Of a stretch of DNA of 64,000 nucleotides, positions 1 through 13,515 are shown piece after piece; the first letter of the stretch is position 1, and the number at the start of each line of letters is the position of its first letter. Both the position numbers and the translations under genes were made by a program. This DNA comes from Octopus sinensis. Taxonomy: Eukaryota. Location: the NCBI RefSeq assembly GCF_006345805.1, contig NC_043006.1:61008001-61072000 (forward strand), written 5' to 3'. The notes under the pieces are model-generated. The model was given only the letters and a program-made list of their open reading frames with translations, made no database searches and was not told where the DNA came from.

Positions 1-200
1 AAATTGTAAATTTAGCCGTAGTATATTCAGTACTGAATTTTTATTCCAAATAACCATGTGGTACCGAAATGCAATTCAAAAAATCCCGCCATTTACATAG
101 ATGTATAAAGAGTGAACACTTCTATATGCTACGTTGGATACATTGGTTGTTCGTCTGGTATATTGATTTTTGTTCAGCCGTTATAAATCTTGATTTATAT

Positions 201-259
201 TTGCACTGATGATTAAAGAGTGCATTTCTGCACTAATTATGAAATCATGTGATTTGCAG
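201..259 (+). ncRNA. Solitary type I hammerhead ribozyme
   Basis: TTGCA(201-205)-CTGATGA(206-212)-stem II with AGTGCA/TGCACT hairpin (219-234)-GAAA(241-244)-TCA TG TGA-T-T(254)-TGCAG(255-259). Stem I is 5 bp, stem III is near-palindromic ATCATGTGAT and the triplet is AUU. The basal stem II pair is U.U instead of the usual G-C. Confidence 0.6.
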
Positions 260-355
260 CTGAATTCTGTTTTTAAGTGGCTTGCTTCGAGATTAAAGAG
301 TTCCTCCTAGCGTGCGGCATTTATGTATAGTAAAGCCCTCTATATAATATATATA

Positions 356-403
<48 letters not shown>

Positions 404-591
404 TACTGGATTGTGTTTAAGTTATGACCTGAGTATAAACGTATATGAATAAAAGTATGCTCTGTACGAATACCTGTCAAATACTGAGTAACAAGACGTT
501 CATGAAGCAAAGTGGCGCCTACATCTTCAAGACGGTTGCCAGAAATGTTAATTATGTAACTATGTAATATACAAGTAATTACATATCTATA

Positions 592-633
<42 letters not shown>

Positions 634-664
634 ATACCTATATACATATATACTTACATTCATA

Positions 665-704
<40 letters not shown>

Positions 705-2087
705 AACACACATATATGTATGCGTTTGTGTCCGATAGAAATAATTTCTAAATTCCGAGATGAATTGTCTTAGATCGATATTATTTTTTTATTTTATAAA
801 TATATGTGTGAGACATAATTTGTGTTTGCTATATCTCCAAATTTGGTAATTTAGTGTGGTGTGGAAGGGATGATGTTCATGCACCCAATTATAAAAGGCA
901 AACCTCATGACAATAGCGCAAATCAATCAGTTTCAACGTGATTCATTATTCACTCAAGTTATAAAAATGTGTGCATCAAAGGAAATCAATATTATATAAT
1001 ACTTTGTAAAAGCATCCTTTATTTTCACCAACAGAGATCTGATAATCATATTAACGAATATTGTTCTAAAGGAGAGATGCTTTAGTGCAGAGCTGAGGTA
1101 ATCAAAATGTCAAGTACGACATCATTCGCTTCAACCTCTTGTTCTTCATTAGAAGTATTCACAAAATGTGATATTTCTGCAGTGTAAAAATGACTATATG
1201 GCATATATATATTGATTAGTTTAAGCCTGAAGCACCTAAAATATTAGCCTTCTATTTAATTTTTACCAGCTAGTTTCTGCGTTGGATTCCAAAATACGTG
1301 TTCATAAATCTGGTGTATTATCGATTCCTTACTTACGGTTTGAGCTATAATTTGTAGAGGACGTGAAGTATGATGTGTAATGCTCATAACATTGAAGAGA
1401 GTATTTGCAGCGGAAATGAAATTTGACGTGAAAAATATCTGAGGATAAATCAATAAGTAAACTTGAAATAGAAAGGTCTTCCTCGTCGGCGTTCAAAAAT
1501 ACAGAGTTGCAAATGTCCGGAAGCCCATTCCGTCTCAATTGCTCTGCTGCAATTTGTTTAACGAAATTTATTTTCATGGCGGTACTTTGGTGTTATCACA
1601 AATAGTCCAATAACATATGCTGTTAACAACTCTATCTATGACCTCTACGTTGGCTTACAGGCCATTTTTTATAATTTTTCATGTTTTACGTAATTAACTG
1701 CCTCCCTACTGGAGTACCAATATATAATTTTAGTCATACATATCTATCGACACCAGTACTTATTCTTTCTGAATTCCAAAGCAAAAATACCTTTCTTTTT
1801 TAACCCTACCCATCAAAAATTCTTTCAGACTGTGAATAAAATACTCTGGTATGTAGCTTATAAAGACGAAATCTTTATGGGACTGGAGAGGGGAGGGGGC
1901 GGAAGGAGATTATAGGAGAGAGAAATTCGGAAGAAAGGAGAGATAAGGAAAAAGGGTGTCGTTATGTTTTATCTTTTAACATGTTACGAATAAGATGAGG
2001 TTATTTTATTTTATTTTATTTTAATTTATATTTAGTTAGGCGACAGGGTTACGATGCAAAATTCATTAAATGGCCTATTTTTAATAC

Positions 2088-2320
2088 ATATTTCTTTACT
2101 ACCCACAAGGGGCTACACACCGAGAGGACAAACAAGGACAGACAAACGGATTAAGTCGATTATATCGACCCCAGTGCGTAACTGGTACTTATTTAATCGA
2201 CCCCGAAAGGATGAAAAGCAAAGTCAACCTCGGCGGAATTTGAACTCAGAACATAACGACAGACGAAATACCGCAAAGCATTTCGCCCGGCGTGCTAACG
2301 ATTCTGCCAGCTCGCCGCCT
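2088..2320 (-). mobile_element. tRNA-derived SINE (Deu/Nin-like core), full length, with 22-bp TSD
   Basis: Minus strand reads GGCGGCGAGCTGGCAGAATCG (A-box-like), GAGTTCAAATTCC (B-box-like) and CCTTTCGGGGTCGAT core. A perfect direct repeat TTAAATGGCCTATTTTTAATAC flanks it at 2066-2087 and 2321-2342. Confidence 0.9.
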
Positions 2321-2411
2321 TTAAATGGCCTATTTTTAATACCTTTCAATGAGTTTTATGTCGGGACCTTGTCGTCTAACTGAATATAGATTAACATAAA
2401 ATGAAATGACC

Positions 2412-2796
2412 TTATACGCTGCACTATATTGTAACTCCGGTAAATTAACACGATGTTCCTCCGAAATATGTTCCGAGTGGGGGTACTTGTGTAGAATAAT
2501 TGAACCATTTGGTTTAAATATAACCTCATCACTCGAAACGCTCATAGTTGGAAAGTATGCATCTTGTACACATCTTCCGAAATCCGATCGTTGAGAGTAA
2601 GCCTTATATTTCGAAAGTAGCTTTTCGAACAGCAGTGCTTCAGAATACAATGAGCGCTGCATTTTGAAACTCTCCTCTCTCAAATCGAATAACTCATTGA
2701 TTTTCTTGAATCCTAGCATTATATTTCTACTTCCATTTCTTGCTTTGCTGCATTCGCTGACGTCTGTGATCTTCTGGAAGCTTTCTTGTGGATATT
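2412..2796 (-). CDS. Candidate coding exon of an unidentified host gene
   Basis: The frame is open for ~160 codons (2815 to 2336) in non-repetitive AT-rich DNA: EYPQESFQKITDVSECSKARNGSRNIMLGFKKINELFDLREESF...QYSAAYK. A possible TTCAG acceptor lies at 2797-2801, but the donor is weak and the protein is not recognised. Confidence 0.35.
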
Positions 2797-3977
2797 CTGA
2801 ACAGTTCCAATTGCATCAAACTTATCGTTAATTCGAATCGTACACCCTCCATACAAACACACCCACCCACACCTACACGCATATATCCACACGCACACAC
2901 CAATGCACACTCGCACACATCAACGCACACTCGCACACACACATATGTATACAGACAATGATAAATCTCGTACGTGTATGTGGAACTATATGTAGACTCA
3001 TTCTTTAACTCTCTTTGCTCTTCGGCAGTGTTTGAAATTTTCAGTGCAACTATAGGAACTATTATATAAATCTAGTTTCTCAATCTAGTTTCAATGTTGA
3101 CAGATTTTCACCGTCATATTCTTTTGTAAAGAAATGCAATATATTTGACGTCTGTGTTGCTTCTTATATACTTGACGAATAGACTTTCACTCACAAAGGT
3201 TCTTAGACCGTTGGCACGTAATCAACCACATGTTAATTTATCAGCATGAAGTCAATCTTTCTTTGATGGAGATCATTAGGTATTCATGCCTGATATGGAG
3301 AGCATTAAATTTTCATGCCTGTTACCTGTTATTTTTGATATGTGTGTTACAGTGAGCATATATTGCAATTGCATTACACTATGAATGTGGTTTCTGTTGT
3401 TAAACTTCTAGTTTTATAATGAATTTTATATAGTATGCAAGCATTATCCCCTTGAATGTTTTGTATTTGTTCCTCGTTGTAAATAAATTATGACCCTAAA
3501 AGAGAATCTAGCAGGTTAATCATTCATTTTACTAGCCTGCACAATGTAACACTGGATACCTGAAGTTTACAACTTTACAATCAAATTTGTGGATTATGTT
3601 GATCATTATTAGTAATTTTCTGGGCTTTTTTTCTCTAGAGTCTTCTCTGGGGATCAGAAGCCAGATACACTTTTAACTAATGATTTTCCCTCTGACAATT
3701 TAGAGTTGTGGTGGCATTCACTATCTCCGTATAAATGTATTGCACGAAGTTGTTTCTTTGCTGTATTCCGACGTAATATTTCTGCTTTTACCAAATGTCT
3801 GGTATATGACACATTCATATGCATTTATAAAAGTACTATAATATTCATGAAGCATTGGAATGTGTAAAGCTACTGAAAATAACAAACGCTTATAACGCTT
3901 GCATCATTTTCTACCATACGTTTCATAAAGGAAACTTTCCCAAAATATTTGTTTAAAATTTTGTCACATAGTGGTAG

Positions 3978-4522
3978 GGATTAAGTCAATTACATCGCTC
4001 CCAATACTCAACTGGTTCTTATTTCATCGATTTCGAAATGATGGAAAAAGTCAGCCTCGGTGGAATATTTCCCAAAATATTCTTTTCTACTCGACGCACA
4101 AGGCACGAAGGTTTTAGGTACAGGGTCTGTCGATAACATCAACCCCAGTACGCAACTGCTACTTACTTTATTGACCCCTAAAATGATGAAAACCAAAGTC
4201 GACTTCGGCAGAATTTGGACTCAGAACTTAACGACAGACGAAAACCGCTAAGCATTTCGCCCGACGTGCTAACGTTTCTGCCAGCTCGGTGTCCTTGTTC
4301 CCCAAAATAATATGTTCTGCTCTAGGCACAAGGACCGTAATTTTTGGATAGGTACCAGTCGATTAGATTGACTCCAGTACGCAAATGGTACTTTATTTAT
4401 CATCCCCGAAATGATGGAAGGCAAAGTCGACCTCGGCGGAATTTGAACTCAGAACGTAAAGACAGACGAAATATCGCTAAGCAATTCGCACGGCTTGCTA
4501 AAGTTTCTGCCAGTTCTCCGCC
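3978..4522 (-). mobile_element. Three tandem diverged SINE copies (one truncated)
   Basis: The SINE core/head recurs at ~3978-4066, ~4075-4290 and ~4310-4522. The units are joined by (CTTG)TTCCCCAAAATA-like motifs near 4065, 4293 and 4521. Confidence 0.8.
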
Positions 4523-4715
4523 TTGTTCCCCAAAATATTAAAGAAACTATGTAGCATGTAGGGTGATATTTTGTTTATTGGCACTGCCATAGATATTTTT
4601 CTAGTTATTGGCATTGCACTTCATATTTTGTCTAACTTCACATATCTGAATATAAATATATGCATACATTTTTATGTATTTACACACGCGCACACACACA
4701 CGCACACACACACAC

Positions 4716-4760
<45 letters not shown>

Positions 4761-5203
4761 CATACTACGTGGTCGTTATGTTCGTCTCTCAGTCTGTACT
4801 TTCTTCACAGTGAAATTAGTGGACCAACAGTGACGATGATTTTCGGGATTACCAAGGCGGTATTGGGGCAGGTATTTAGCGAAAATCTAAAACCCGAAAA
4901 AGTATGATTATTTTGTGGCTATTGAGGGTAATTGTTCAGTTTACGGGTTTACAAAAAAGTAAATAAAGATTACAGGGGAGATAGCTCCTAATAAAAGAAG
5001 CAAAGGAAGGTAAATAAACTTTCTTTTCCACCAAATTACAGCACATAAGAAAGTTTTAGTTTAGGATAGCCTTATTAACGAATGATTGTGATGGCTTTGG
5101 CTTATCTTTAATCGGTGAATGACTACTACGAACTTTGTCACTAACGATTGTATGCATAAAGCTGTTTAATGTTTTATTAAATGTTCCTTCATTCCACGCC
5201 ATT

Positions 5204-5500
5204 ATGACCTGGAAACGGAAATCAGGAATAGGTAGCATTACCAGGAAAGCTGCTGCTATAAAACATAAGACTGAATCTAATAGTGAATACAGAGAAGCCC
5301 AAAAGAATAAGGATACGGAAACTCGTAGAATTCACAGTGATACAGAAGTGAGAGCGTCGGAACAGAGCAGGGATATGCTAGCTCGCCAAATATCACAAAG
5401 AAACTCCCAAGAGAGAGCTTCGGAACAGAGTTGGGACACTTCAGCTCGCCGAGTAACACGCAAAAATCCTCAAATGAGAGTTTCTGAACAGATAAGCTAG
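5204..5500 (+). pseudogene. Helitron Rep/Helicase N-terminal charged-repeat remnant
   Basis: MTWKRKSGIGSITRKAAA followed by repeated R-x-SEQ-x-x-D-x-x-AR units, typical of Helitron N-termini. It stops at 5500. Confidence 0.6.
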
Positions 5501-5540
5501 CCGAAAATCAAGACAAGTGCAGTGTCCTATAAAACTGGTA

Positions 5541-5718
5541 TTCTCATTCACAGCAAACAAGACAGGTCCAGACTTTAGATCGTGTAGGTGTATTTTTTCC
5601 CACTCCGATGTTTACACACGGCCAGTTATACGTCGCTATGAGTAGAGCAACGGATTACAGCAGTTTGAAAATTAGTGTCGACTTCACAGAAAATATCGTC
5701 TACAAAGTTGCTTTGTAA
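5541..5718 (+). pseudogene. Pif1-like (SF1B) helicase C-terminus of Helitron
   Basis: FSFTANKT /frameshift/ QTLDRVGVFFPTPMFTHGQLYVAMSRATDYSSLKISV...TENIVYKVAL* matches Helitron helicase motifs V/VI (KSQGQTL...FSHGQLYVALSR...TxNIVY). Confidence 0.9.
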
Positions 5719-5838
5719 TCATTATTGATATTAAAATCCAGTTACAGATTTTTCAATACAAACTGTTATGATTTCCCTCCCTCATTTCATGCCCCCATCG
5801 TAGATGAGTTGAGTTGCTAGTATATTTAAATATATATA

Positions 5839-6069
5839 TATTTCTTTACTACCCACAAGGGGCTAAACACAGAGGAGACAAACAAGGACAGACAAACGGA
5901 TTAAGTCGATTACATCGACCCCAGTGCGTAACTGGTACTTAATTTATCGACCCCGGAAGGATGAAAGGCAAAGTCGACCTCGGCGGAATTTGAACTCGGA
6001 ACGTAACGGCAGACGAAATACGGCAACGCATTTCGCCCGGCGTGCTAACGTTTCTGCCAGCTCGCCGCC
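5839..6069 (-). mobile_element. tRNA-derived SINE, same subfamily as 2088-2320
   Basis: Near-identical to 2088-2320. It is inserted in a TA run immediately after the Helitron 3' end. Confidence 0.9.
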
Positions 6070-7625
6070 TATATATATACATATGTGTGTATGTGTGTGT
6101 GTGTGTGTGTGTACAGTTGTGTCTGCGGAGAGTCATTCTCTTCTAGTGCCTTATAATTTAACACACCGGTAAAATTTTCACTTTTATTTTTCTAAAATTT
6201 TGGTTGCCCCTTGCAAACTTTTCAATAGTCTCGACTCTATCCGTTATTCACACTGCGTTCTTTCTGTTTGTTCGCATCTGTGTGGTTTTGTGTGTGTTTG
6301 TGTGCATACAGATGCATGCATGTATGTATAGTTACTCCAAACATGAACAAAGAGAAAACACAACAACGCGAGAACGTGGAACAAGTATATTGTTATTGGA
6401 CGCTCTGGGTGACAGTGACAAGAAGAGTAGAGGACTTTTACATGTGGTTTGCTGGTGAATAAAATGTGATGTGTTGGATTTAGTTAATACATATCCAAAT
6501 ATATGTATTATGAATTGTCCATTTGGTTTAATCTACTTTTGGGATCTAGTGCGTACGTTGGTATGAAGTCCTTATATCACTCATCTTTATTCAAATGAGC
6601 AAAACAGAGCGAAATATACCAACAGTACCTGTACATAACACGGCTAAATTCGATAGCCATGTCTCGACTAACAGATAATTATTTAGCCTTTGTGACAAAA
6701 CACTGCAGCAGAACGACAGAAACTTATTTATTCTTCATAATTTACTCTGATTTCTGAAACTGATATAAATTATAATTTCAGTCTAACACATTTCATGATT
6801 TAATCCAATTCCACGTATACTCCAATCCAATTTCACAATTGATTTATTCTTGCGTATGTTTTCAATTGTGATTTCTAGTGAGTGGGGTAATAGAATGTTA
6901 AAACATTTTAAATTTTATCATGAATGAAAGACAATAATTGTTAAGTCTAATATATCAAAGATATCTTCTATTTTGTAGTTACCTATGCTGACAAATAGAA
7001 AACTGCAATGAATAACGTAATTAAGATATATGTATGTCCAATATCGGAAATGTAGTGAATATTGCGAATTCCTTTCTAATATCACTCCATATCAGATAGT
7101 GGTAATTGCAAAGTTCAGCTTCTATTAAATTTCTTAAGTGATGTAGATTCAGTGCAAATTTACCAATAGATAAATGAAATTAGTCGTTGAATAAAATATC
7201 GAAAGTAATTCTCTGAGCAACATTCGCCACCTAGTTAGGGATAAGTTTTCTGTTTGATAGATAAAGTGAATAGAGAACTGTGAGACATGGGTATACAGCA
7301 CGAGACAAAATTTGGCTTCATTTTTTCTGAAAATTTACACAATGATTTTTATCTTTATTGCATTAAGAGGGGATTGAATTTAGCTTAACTTTTAGTTTTG
7401 GTACCTATTTTATGAACGTGTGGACCCCTTTGAAGTTACTCGCAATGACGAAAATAGCTGTTACTAGTTCATTGGATCACGCTATACAGCTGCATAATTC
7501 ATAAAGCGTTGGAAAAACGCATTACGCAAATGTAAATGATTCCATGTGTGCCTTTGAAATAGGGTGGTGTTTGATATATGTCGATATGCATACATGCACA
7601 TACGTACATATATACATACACACAT

Positions 7626-7679
<54 letters not shown>

Positions 7680-7711
7680 GTATATATATATACATATATA
7701 TACATACATAT

Positions 7712-7828
7712 CACGTGATCCTGTGACCGACCAGACCATCAGATGTTGTTACACATCGCTGGTCACAATGCGTTCGCATTGTTTTAGCCTTTGAATGACG
7801 CCACTCCGCTGGCTAAGCGAGCAGGCCA

Positions 7829-7830
<2 letters not shown>
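7712..7830 (+). mobile_element. Probable retroelement 3'-end fragment
   Basis: GC-richer block between microsatellites ending GCTGGCTAAGCGAGCAGGCCAA plus a simple-repeat tail, resembling RTE-type 3' ends. Family not established. Confidence 0.3.
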
Positions 7831-7878
<48 letters not shown>

Positions 7879-7915
7879 TGCATATATATACACTTATGTA
7901 TATTCTTTAAGAACA

Positions 7916-8502
7916 CATTCTTCGTGGTAATGGCGATTTGACGTCTATGTTTAGCATATTAGGTGTCCACTTCAGTGGTCATTTCTCTTAATTTTGTATG
8001 TAACACAGTTTTTCATCTTCGGATTTTTTGAATATGCTAGGCCATGGTTTTATTTGATTAATATCAATTTCTACACTTATCTAATTTGAAATTTTAAAAA
8101 AATGTTCTCTAAACGGTATATTGGCTGCTGAAATTTATTAACTACATGGTAATTTCCAGCCCCAGCGCGCCAAAGTGAAGACATTTGAAAAATACACCCA
8201 AATATGAATTGTAGAACTGTATACATGCTCGATTTCGGTTGGGCGTTCTGTACCTAGTTCTGGAAATTGTGTTTCGTAAGCGACTGACTACGCTGACGAA
8301 CTACGTGTTTGCATACGTAGATATTAACAAGTGAAAGCATTGGTACGTAGGTAATCGTTTTTTGTTTCGTATGTTATCATTTGTTTTGCTTATCTTTGAC
8401 TTTTTGGCGTTTGATGAGATTTTTCTTGAGAAGGCATTCTTCGTGGTAATAGCGATTTGACGTCAATGTTTAGCATATTAGGTATCCACTTTAGTGGTCA
8501 TT
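7916..8502. repeat. 68-bp direct repeat pair (7916-7983 and 8435-8502)
   Basis: CATTCTTCGTGGTAAT(G/A)GCGATTTGACGTC...AGTGGTCATT occurs twice with 4 substitutions, ~520 bp apart. Confidence 0.8.
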
Positions 8503-8604
8503 CCTTTTAATATTGTATATACATACATACACACACACAAACGCACACGCCGACACACACACACACATATATATATATATACACATAGCCATGATAAAAC
8601 ACGG

Positions 8605-8728
8605 TAGCCATGATAAAACACGGAGTTTCGGATGCCGAGGTGGAAATCCACGCCGCCATCTCTTCAGCTATCTGGCCATCGGTATTTTTCCGCCTCGGCA
8701 TCCCAAACTCTGAGTTTTATCAAGGCTA
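8605..8728. mobile_element. MITE-like element with ~42-bp TIRs
   Basis: TAGCCATGATAAAACACGGAGTTTCGGATGCCGAGGTGGAAA versus the reverse complement of the right end, TAGCCTTGATAAAACTCAGAGTTTGGGATGCCGAGGCGGAAA. The first 19 bp are duplicated at 8586-8604. Confidence 0.8.
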
Positions 8729-8824
8729 CTGAATAATTCTCGCATATTACATTTATAGATAAATTGCTCTATTTACATAATGTCGAGGTCTCCTTCCTTC
8801 TTTTGATGTCTTACCATTTTTATC

Positions 8825-8856
<32 letters not shown>

Positions 8857-8869
8857 ACACACACACACA

Positions 8870-8917
<48 letters not shown>

Positions 8918-10957
8918 TTCGTTCCTCTCTGGTTTGCAAGATATTTTATGTGAATTCGTATGATGAAACAAATATTATTGTGTCTCAGGAGAGTCGTCAT
9001 ACAAGTCTTAATATCTAATACACACACTGGTTCAATTTCAGGGAATTTATTATTAATTTTTTTCTTACGTCTTCCAAAATTTTCGTTACTTTTGCAGCCT
9101 TGGGAAGGGATGTCGACTCTGACTGTTACCGAAGTTGCGTTCCATTTGTCTGAGGCCTTCTTGCCTGCCTGTGTCTGGACGCCAGCGTGCGCGTGTGCTT
9201 GTGCTTGCACATACATATGTATGATATATATGTACGTATGTGTGTATTTATTCTGCATATTTATGTGTGTGTGTGCGAGCGCTTGTATATTTGTGTGTGT
9301 ATAGATGTGTGTGTACCATTACTTTCTTGCGTGTGCGTGTTTGAGTGTGTCGATGTGTATGAGTTTTTGTGATTATGTACGTACGTCTGTTATTTATGAA
9401 TGTGTCTCCCTATTTTAGTTTGTGCGTATGCGTATGTGTAGAGTGTGTGCATATATGGTCATGTGTTTCCATCTACTTCTCTCTGTGTGCATGTGTGTGT
9501 GCTTGTCTGGTCGTATTAACTATATACCTACCTACCTATCTGCTTACTTATCTACCTACATACCTACCAGCCTACCTACCTACCTACCTACCTACCTACC
9601 TATATATCTATATATTTACCTACATATTTATTTACCTACTCATATATTTACCTACGTAATCAGAAAGAATCAGGATCTCGGAGAGATTATTGATGGTCAG
9701 CAATGAAAATAGTTAATCCATAGAAGACTGAAAGAAGAGTTTGTGAGAAGGGTAAAGAATGTATGATATTGTGCTCTTGTTCTTCGTTTAATAGGGAGAA
9801 CATACACAACTAATGGTTTCTAATTCTACAAGAAAATATTTTACGTACAGTAGAATACTGAACAAAGTAGATCCATGTGGTATTTGAAATAGTAATTTAA
9901 CTAACTATCACAACATATTTCACGAGATTCTCTTCCGTATCTGCCATACCACATAACGTTTCCTAAATTATGTGTCAAAATGATCGAAGCGAAGTTAATA
10001 TGCATCCAGACGCGTGAATATATCCTTGAAGTGTTCCCGCACCGACAATAATACCCCACTAAAATAATCCTTCCTCCTTTAGTTTCAATATACTCCAGTA
10101 AATGAATGACTGAAATGCCATGAAATATGGCATTTTAAGAAATAAAACCGAGACAGATAAATGGATATAAACCTTACTCTTACCTTTGAGATATTTTCTA
10201 CTTTTACACATAATAATAAAGCAACTAACTTGAATATATATTATTCATAAAGTTCCATTATCCTTAAATGTATTACGTCTTTCAATTAAACATCAGACAT
10301 TCTTTCCTCTGCACAGCTTAGTTTTGTAGTTGTTTACATCGGCGCACACAATTTCCTGTTTATAATTCTACCCCTACGGTGCGTTATTTCGCCGGAAAAT
10401 AATACTATTGTATTGCACTAATAGTTATAATATTTATATAAAACGTTTTCACTGATCTCGGTTCTGTTTATGGCTGGGGCTATTATTGGTCGAGTATGCA
10501 GGCATTGATGTAGCAGATATATCAAATTTAGTCTTAGACCTAGCCGACGAGGACCAATAAGTTTTACGATAACAAAGGTATTCTGAACATAGTACTCGAG
10601 TCCGTAACTTGAGTACCATGTTGTCCATTTCCCTGGCGTTCTTCCTAGAGGAAAGACGATTTTTTTTATATTCACCGCCCGCACACATATTTGCTTCTAT
10701 ACATTCAGTGAAGTTTTACCTACCTTGCTTTGAATGGTTATCGATTGCTATTTCCAGCAAAAATTGGTACCTTGTTGTGCTACAATTTACTATTTATAAT
10801 TCTACCTTTACGGTGCTTTATTTCGTTGGAAAATGATACTAGTGTAATAATATTTACAATTTTTAGATATATATACTTGTATATGTGTATCTATGTGAGT
10901 GCGTGTACTTATCCGTATATGTATGCATGCATGTATTTATATGTGTATATATACATA

Positions 10958-11038
<81 letters not shown>

Positions 11039-11055
11039 ATACATACATACATACA

Positions 11056-11089
<34 letters not shown>

Positions 11090-12202
11090 GATACATACGC
11101 ACACATACACATGTTTATCCGGATGAATTTATCTCCTTCCTGTAATAGTAATTTTTTCATTCATTTCTAATGTCTTTTCCTCATACGTTATTTACAAATG
11201 TTTAAATCATATAAGGTAAGAAAGTATGTAAAGAATTAATCAATACCAAACTTAATTTATTAAACAAAATTCAATAAATTTCATCAAATAAATAAAATGA
11301 AGTAGACGGGATGTTAAAATGGATTATTCTTTTATTTCATATTTTCCAGACAGTTGTTTCAGATAAAAAGACCAAGAGTTCCAGATAGAGAACATGATAA
11401 AAGTCGAATTTGTACTCTACAGTAAGTGAGATTTCAAGTAAAATAAAAAAAAAAATTGTTAAATACGTTTAAAATATACATAGACGTTTCTTTTCATTAT
11501 AATTATTATTTAGGTATTTGTGTATTCATTCTTCCACTCATAATTATTTTAATCGAGACTAAAAACATTAAAGTAGGTGGCTACTTAAATATGTAATACG
11601 TAAGTTTTAACTTTCTCGCTATTAAATCCTATACATATGTATTTTTAAAAAAAACCTCTCTATCGAAAATATTGGTCATGTATGTGTATGCACGTTCAGG
11701 AATATCAAATAAGGAGCTATATGCCATTTGAAATTCATATTTAAACATTTGCTAACCGTCAACTGTCATTTCTACTATACTTTTAAATAAATACGAAGTT
11801 AGTACTCATATGTTAAATCCGTTAATAGTCTATAGAGTTTATTGTTTAAGTATTTCATGTAAGCCAAAAATCAGTAAACAATATAGTTATTATATACCGC
11901 TTTAGATATCTAAAAACAGATAGATGATTTTTTTTTAAAAATGAACCTTACGAAATACGTACAAACTCGAGTAAAGATGTATTGAAAGGAAACAACTTAT
12001 GTGATTGTCATAAAAATATCATAATGTGGAATTGAACTATATTGCATGCTGAAGAAAATATTTTTAAATAAATGATTATTTTCTCGATATATTTAGTTTA
12101 TGGCTAAAATATTGTTATATCTTACATTTTCTTTTAAATGCATGCATGCATACATACGTACATACTTACATGCATACATACATACATACATACATACATA
12201 CA

Positions 12203-12236
<34 letters not shown>

Positions 12237-12270
12237 CATACATATATACATACATATATATATATATTTA

Positions 12271-13508
12271 TATAAAATATTATTAGAGACAAAACCACTA
12301 TTTTGCAAAACATACAAGGAAAGACTTAATCAATACATAAAATTTTAATAAATAGTAAAAAAACCGCCACTACAATTGTTTCTTGTCTTGATCGACAATC
12401 TTCAGGTGGACTTCCAATCTAAAATATCAATATTTTGAAATATAAAAATAATAATTTTAAAATAATTAAAGTATTAATGATAAAATATAAATATATAATC
12501 CATATATAACCTATATATAATCCATATATAATCAATATATAAACAATATATAAACTAAAATAAACCTATCAACAATTAAATATAAAATATAAAATATAAA
12601 ATATAAAATATAAAACAAAACAAAAAAATAATAATAATATAATAATAAACTATATATACACCCATACACATATAACTAATTATATATAACCATATCTAAC
12701 TACATACACTAAATCACACACCTATATATATATCCCTATACATACACATAAAAACGTCTAGGCAACTATAAATAAATAAAATAGCTAAATACTTCAACAC
12801 AATACTTATTCATACTCCCACACACACACATACAACCCACATTCCCGCTCTAGAAACGGACATCACTTAAAATTATGAACGGAGAAATGGAATAAATGGA
12901 ATTAAAAATTATATTCACTTGGTAAAACGAACACTACTTAAAAATTATGAATGAAACAATGCAATAAAACAATAGACATCGCAAATAGACACAAATTACT
13001 ACGAATTCCTTAACAAACCTACCATGATAAACCAAAACTCATAAAAACATATAATGATAAAATCTCCCTTTAAAATACATCGTAAGTAACCAGAATATCA
13101 AAAATAATAACATGACATAAGGAGAAATAATATACATACTTTCAAGTCAGTTTCAAATTATGAAGTGAAATTAAATTCTAATCCCTTAAAAACATCAAAC
13201 CAAATTACGTTACCATAGGAACATAACTTATGTATAAAAAGAATACGCGCTATGGAAGCAAACCTCACTTAAAATTATGAATGGAGAAATAGAATAAATG
13301 GAATTAAAAATTATATACACGCGGTAAACCAACATTATTTAAAAAAATTATGAATGGATTCTTTTATAAAACTACCATGATAAGCTAAAACTCACAAAAA
13401 CATAAATGATAAAACCTCCCTTTACTAAACACTATAACATACAAATACAAACACCCACCCCACTCACACACACCCACAAGTACATATAAGCCTCAACATA
13501 TACACCAA
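12271..13508 (-). repeat. Inverted copy of the pLTR (reverse complement of 15183-15250, 15319-15690 and 16120-16925)
   Basis: Near-identical reverse-complement blocks. Two segments of the right arm (~68 bp and ~430 bp) are missing from the left arm, with microhomology at the joins. Confidence 0.9.
12367..12409 (-). ncRNA. Minimal type I hammerhead ribozyme (inverted pLTR copy)
   Basis: Exact reverse complement of 16786-16828. Confidence 0.9.
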
Positions 13509-13515
13509 ACAAAAT

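Larger units (their letters stand above)
4760..5820 (+). mobile_element. Internally deleted (non-autonomous) Helitron
   Basis: It starts A|TC at 4759/4760 and ends CTAG|T at 5820/5821, with an imperfect hairpin (CTCAT...ATGAG, 5781-5808) just upstream of CTAG. It retains Rep/Hel N-terminal and helicase C-terminal coding remnants. Confidence 0.85.
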
